Part shown: positions 63,601-64,000 of the stretch, piece by piece
Layout of the letters: each line of letters begins with the position of its first letter
Position numbering within the stretch: the first letter of the stretch is position 1
DNA from: Ruditapes philippinarum
Taxonomy: Eukaryota
Length of the DNA: 64,000 bases
Assembly: GCF_026571515.1 (NCBI RefSeq)
Contig: NW_026852809.1
Span: forward strand, 1 to 64,000
Direction: 5' to 3'
The notes under the pieces: model-generated
What the model saw: only the letters and a program-made list of their open reading frames with translations
Databases searched by the model: none
Told to the model about the DNA's origin: nothing
Position numbers and translations under genes: made by a program

Positions 63601-64000
63601 ATGTGTATTATTTCAGGCAAATATATAAAACATAATTCAGAAATAAAGTATATGTATATATTTAAAGTATAAGAAGCATATTAGTACTGGCGGAAAATCG
63701 TAATTGTAAATATGGTATACATATCGTATTTAAAGATAGTCATGGCATGACACACCATATATTGAAATCAGAAAACTGAAAAAAATATATGACTTTTATT
63801 CAGATTGATATTTATAGATCAATATTTTACCATTTTTTATTTTATGTAAAGACGGTGCATTATTTTCGGAAGAAGTCTTTTAGATTTTGCACCATCTTTT
63901 GGTTTTCGTAGAGACATACGGGGACACTTTTGTTTGCCTTAAACCTCATTTTCGTCCACCACCTAGACTTCAACCAACGTATGTATCCATCTACTCCTCA

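Noticed and set aside
62150-63785. NF-kB-like GGAAATTCC (~62156) and ISRE-like GAAAACTGAAA (~63771) upstream of GBP
   Set aside because: Short motifs are expected by chance in AT-rich DNA and the TSS is unknown.

Overview
AT-rich eukaryotic genomic DNA, most likely a bivalve mollusc. This is inferred from spliceosomal introns, CORE-, Meta- and V-domain tRNA-SINEs, and pearl/HINE-type Helentron elements with ACGG microsatellites. The only intact host gene is a multi-exon guanylate-binding protein (GBP) on the minus strand (~51839-59379). It has a U12-type intron and a Trp-rich C-terminus with no CaaX box. A decayed GBP paralogue lies about 50 kb to the left (~4889-8600). The rest is repeat-rich: a 5'-truncated Naiad-type Penelope-like RT with a SECIS-like hairpin, a solo Penelope pLTR with a decayed hammerhead ribozyme, an L2-type LINE inside an ~82-bp satellite, a 4.8-kb foldback element with satellite-built arms, a 4.3-kb TIR element packed with palindromes, a mariner MITE, a Tc1 relic, several HINEs and SINEs, and a 160-N gap. 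The most unexplained signal is a non-coding, multi-hairpin ~630-bp element with about 10 copies in both orientations. Its copies share one fixed end, form head-to-tail tandems, show compensatory/G-T-wobble substitutions, and one has an empty paralogous site in the window. All alignments were done by eye, so repeat boundaries are approximate.
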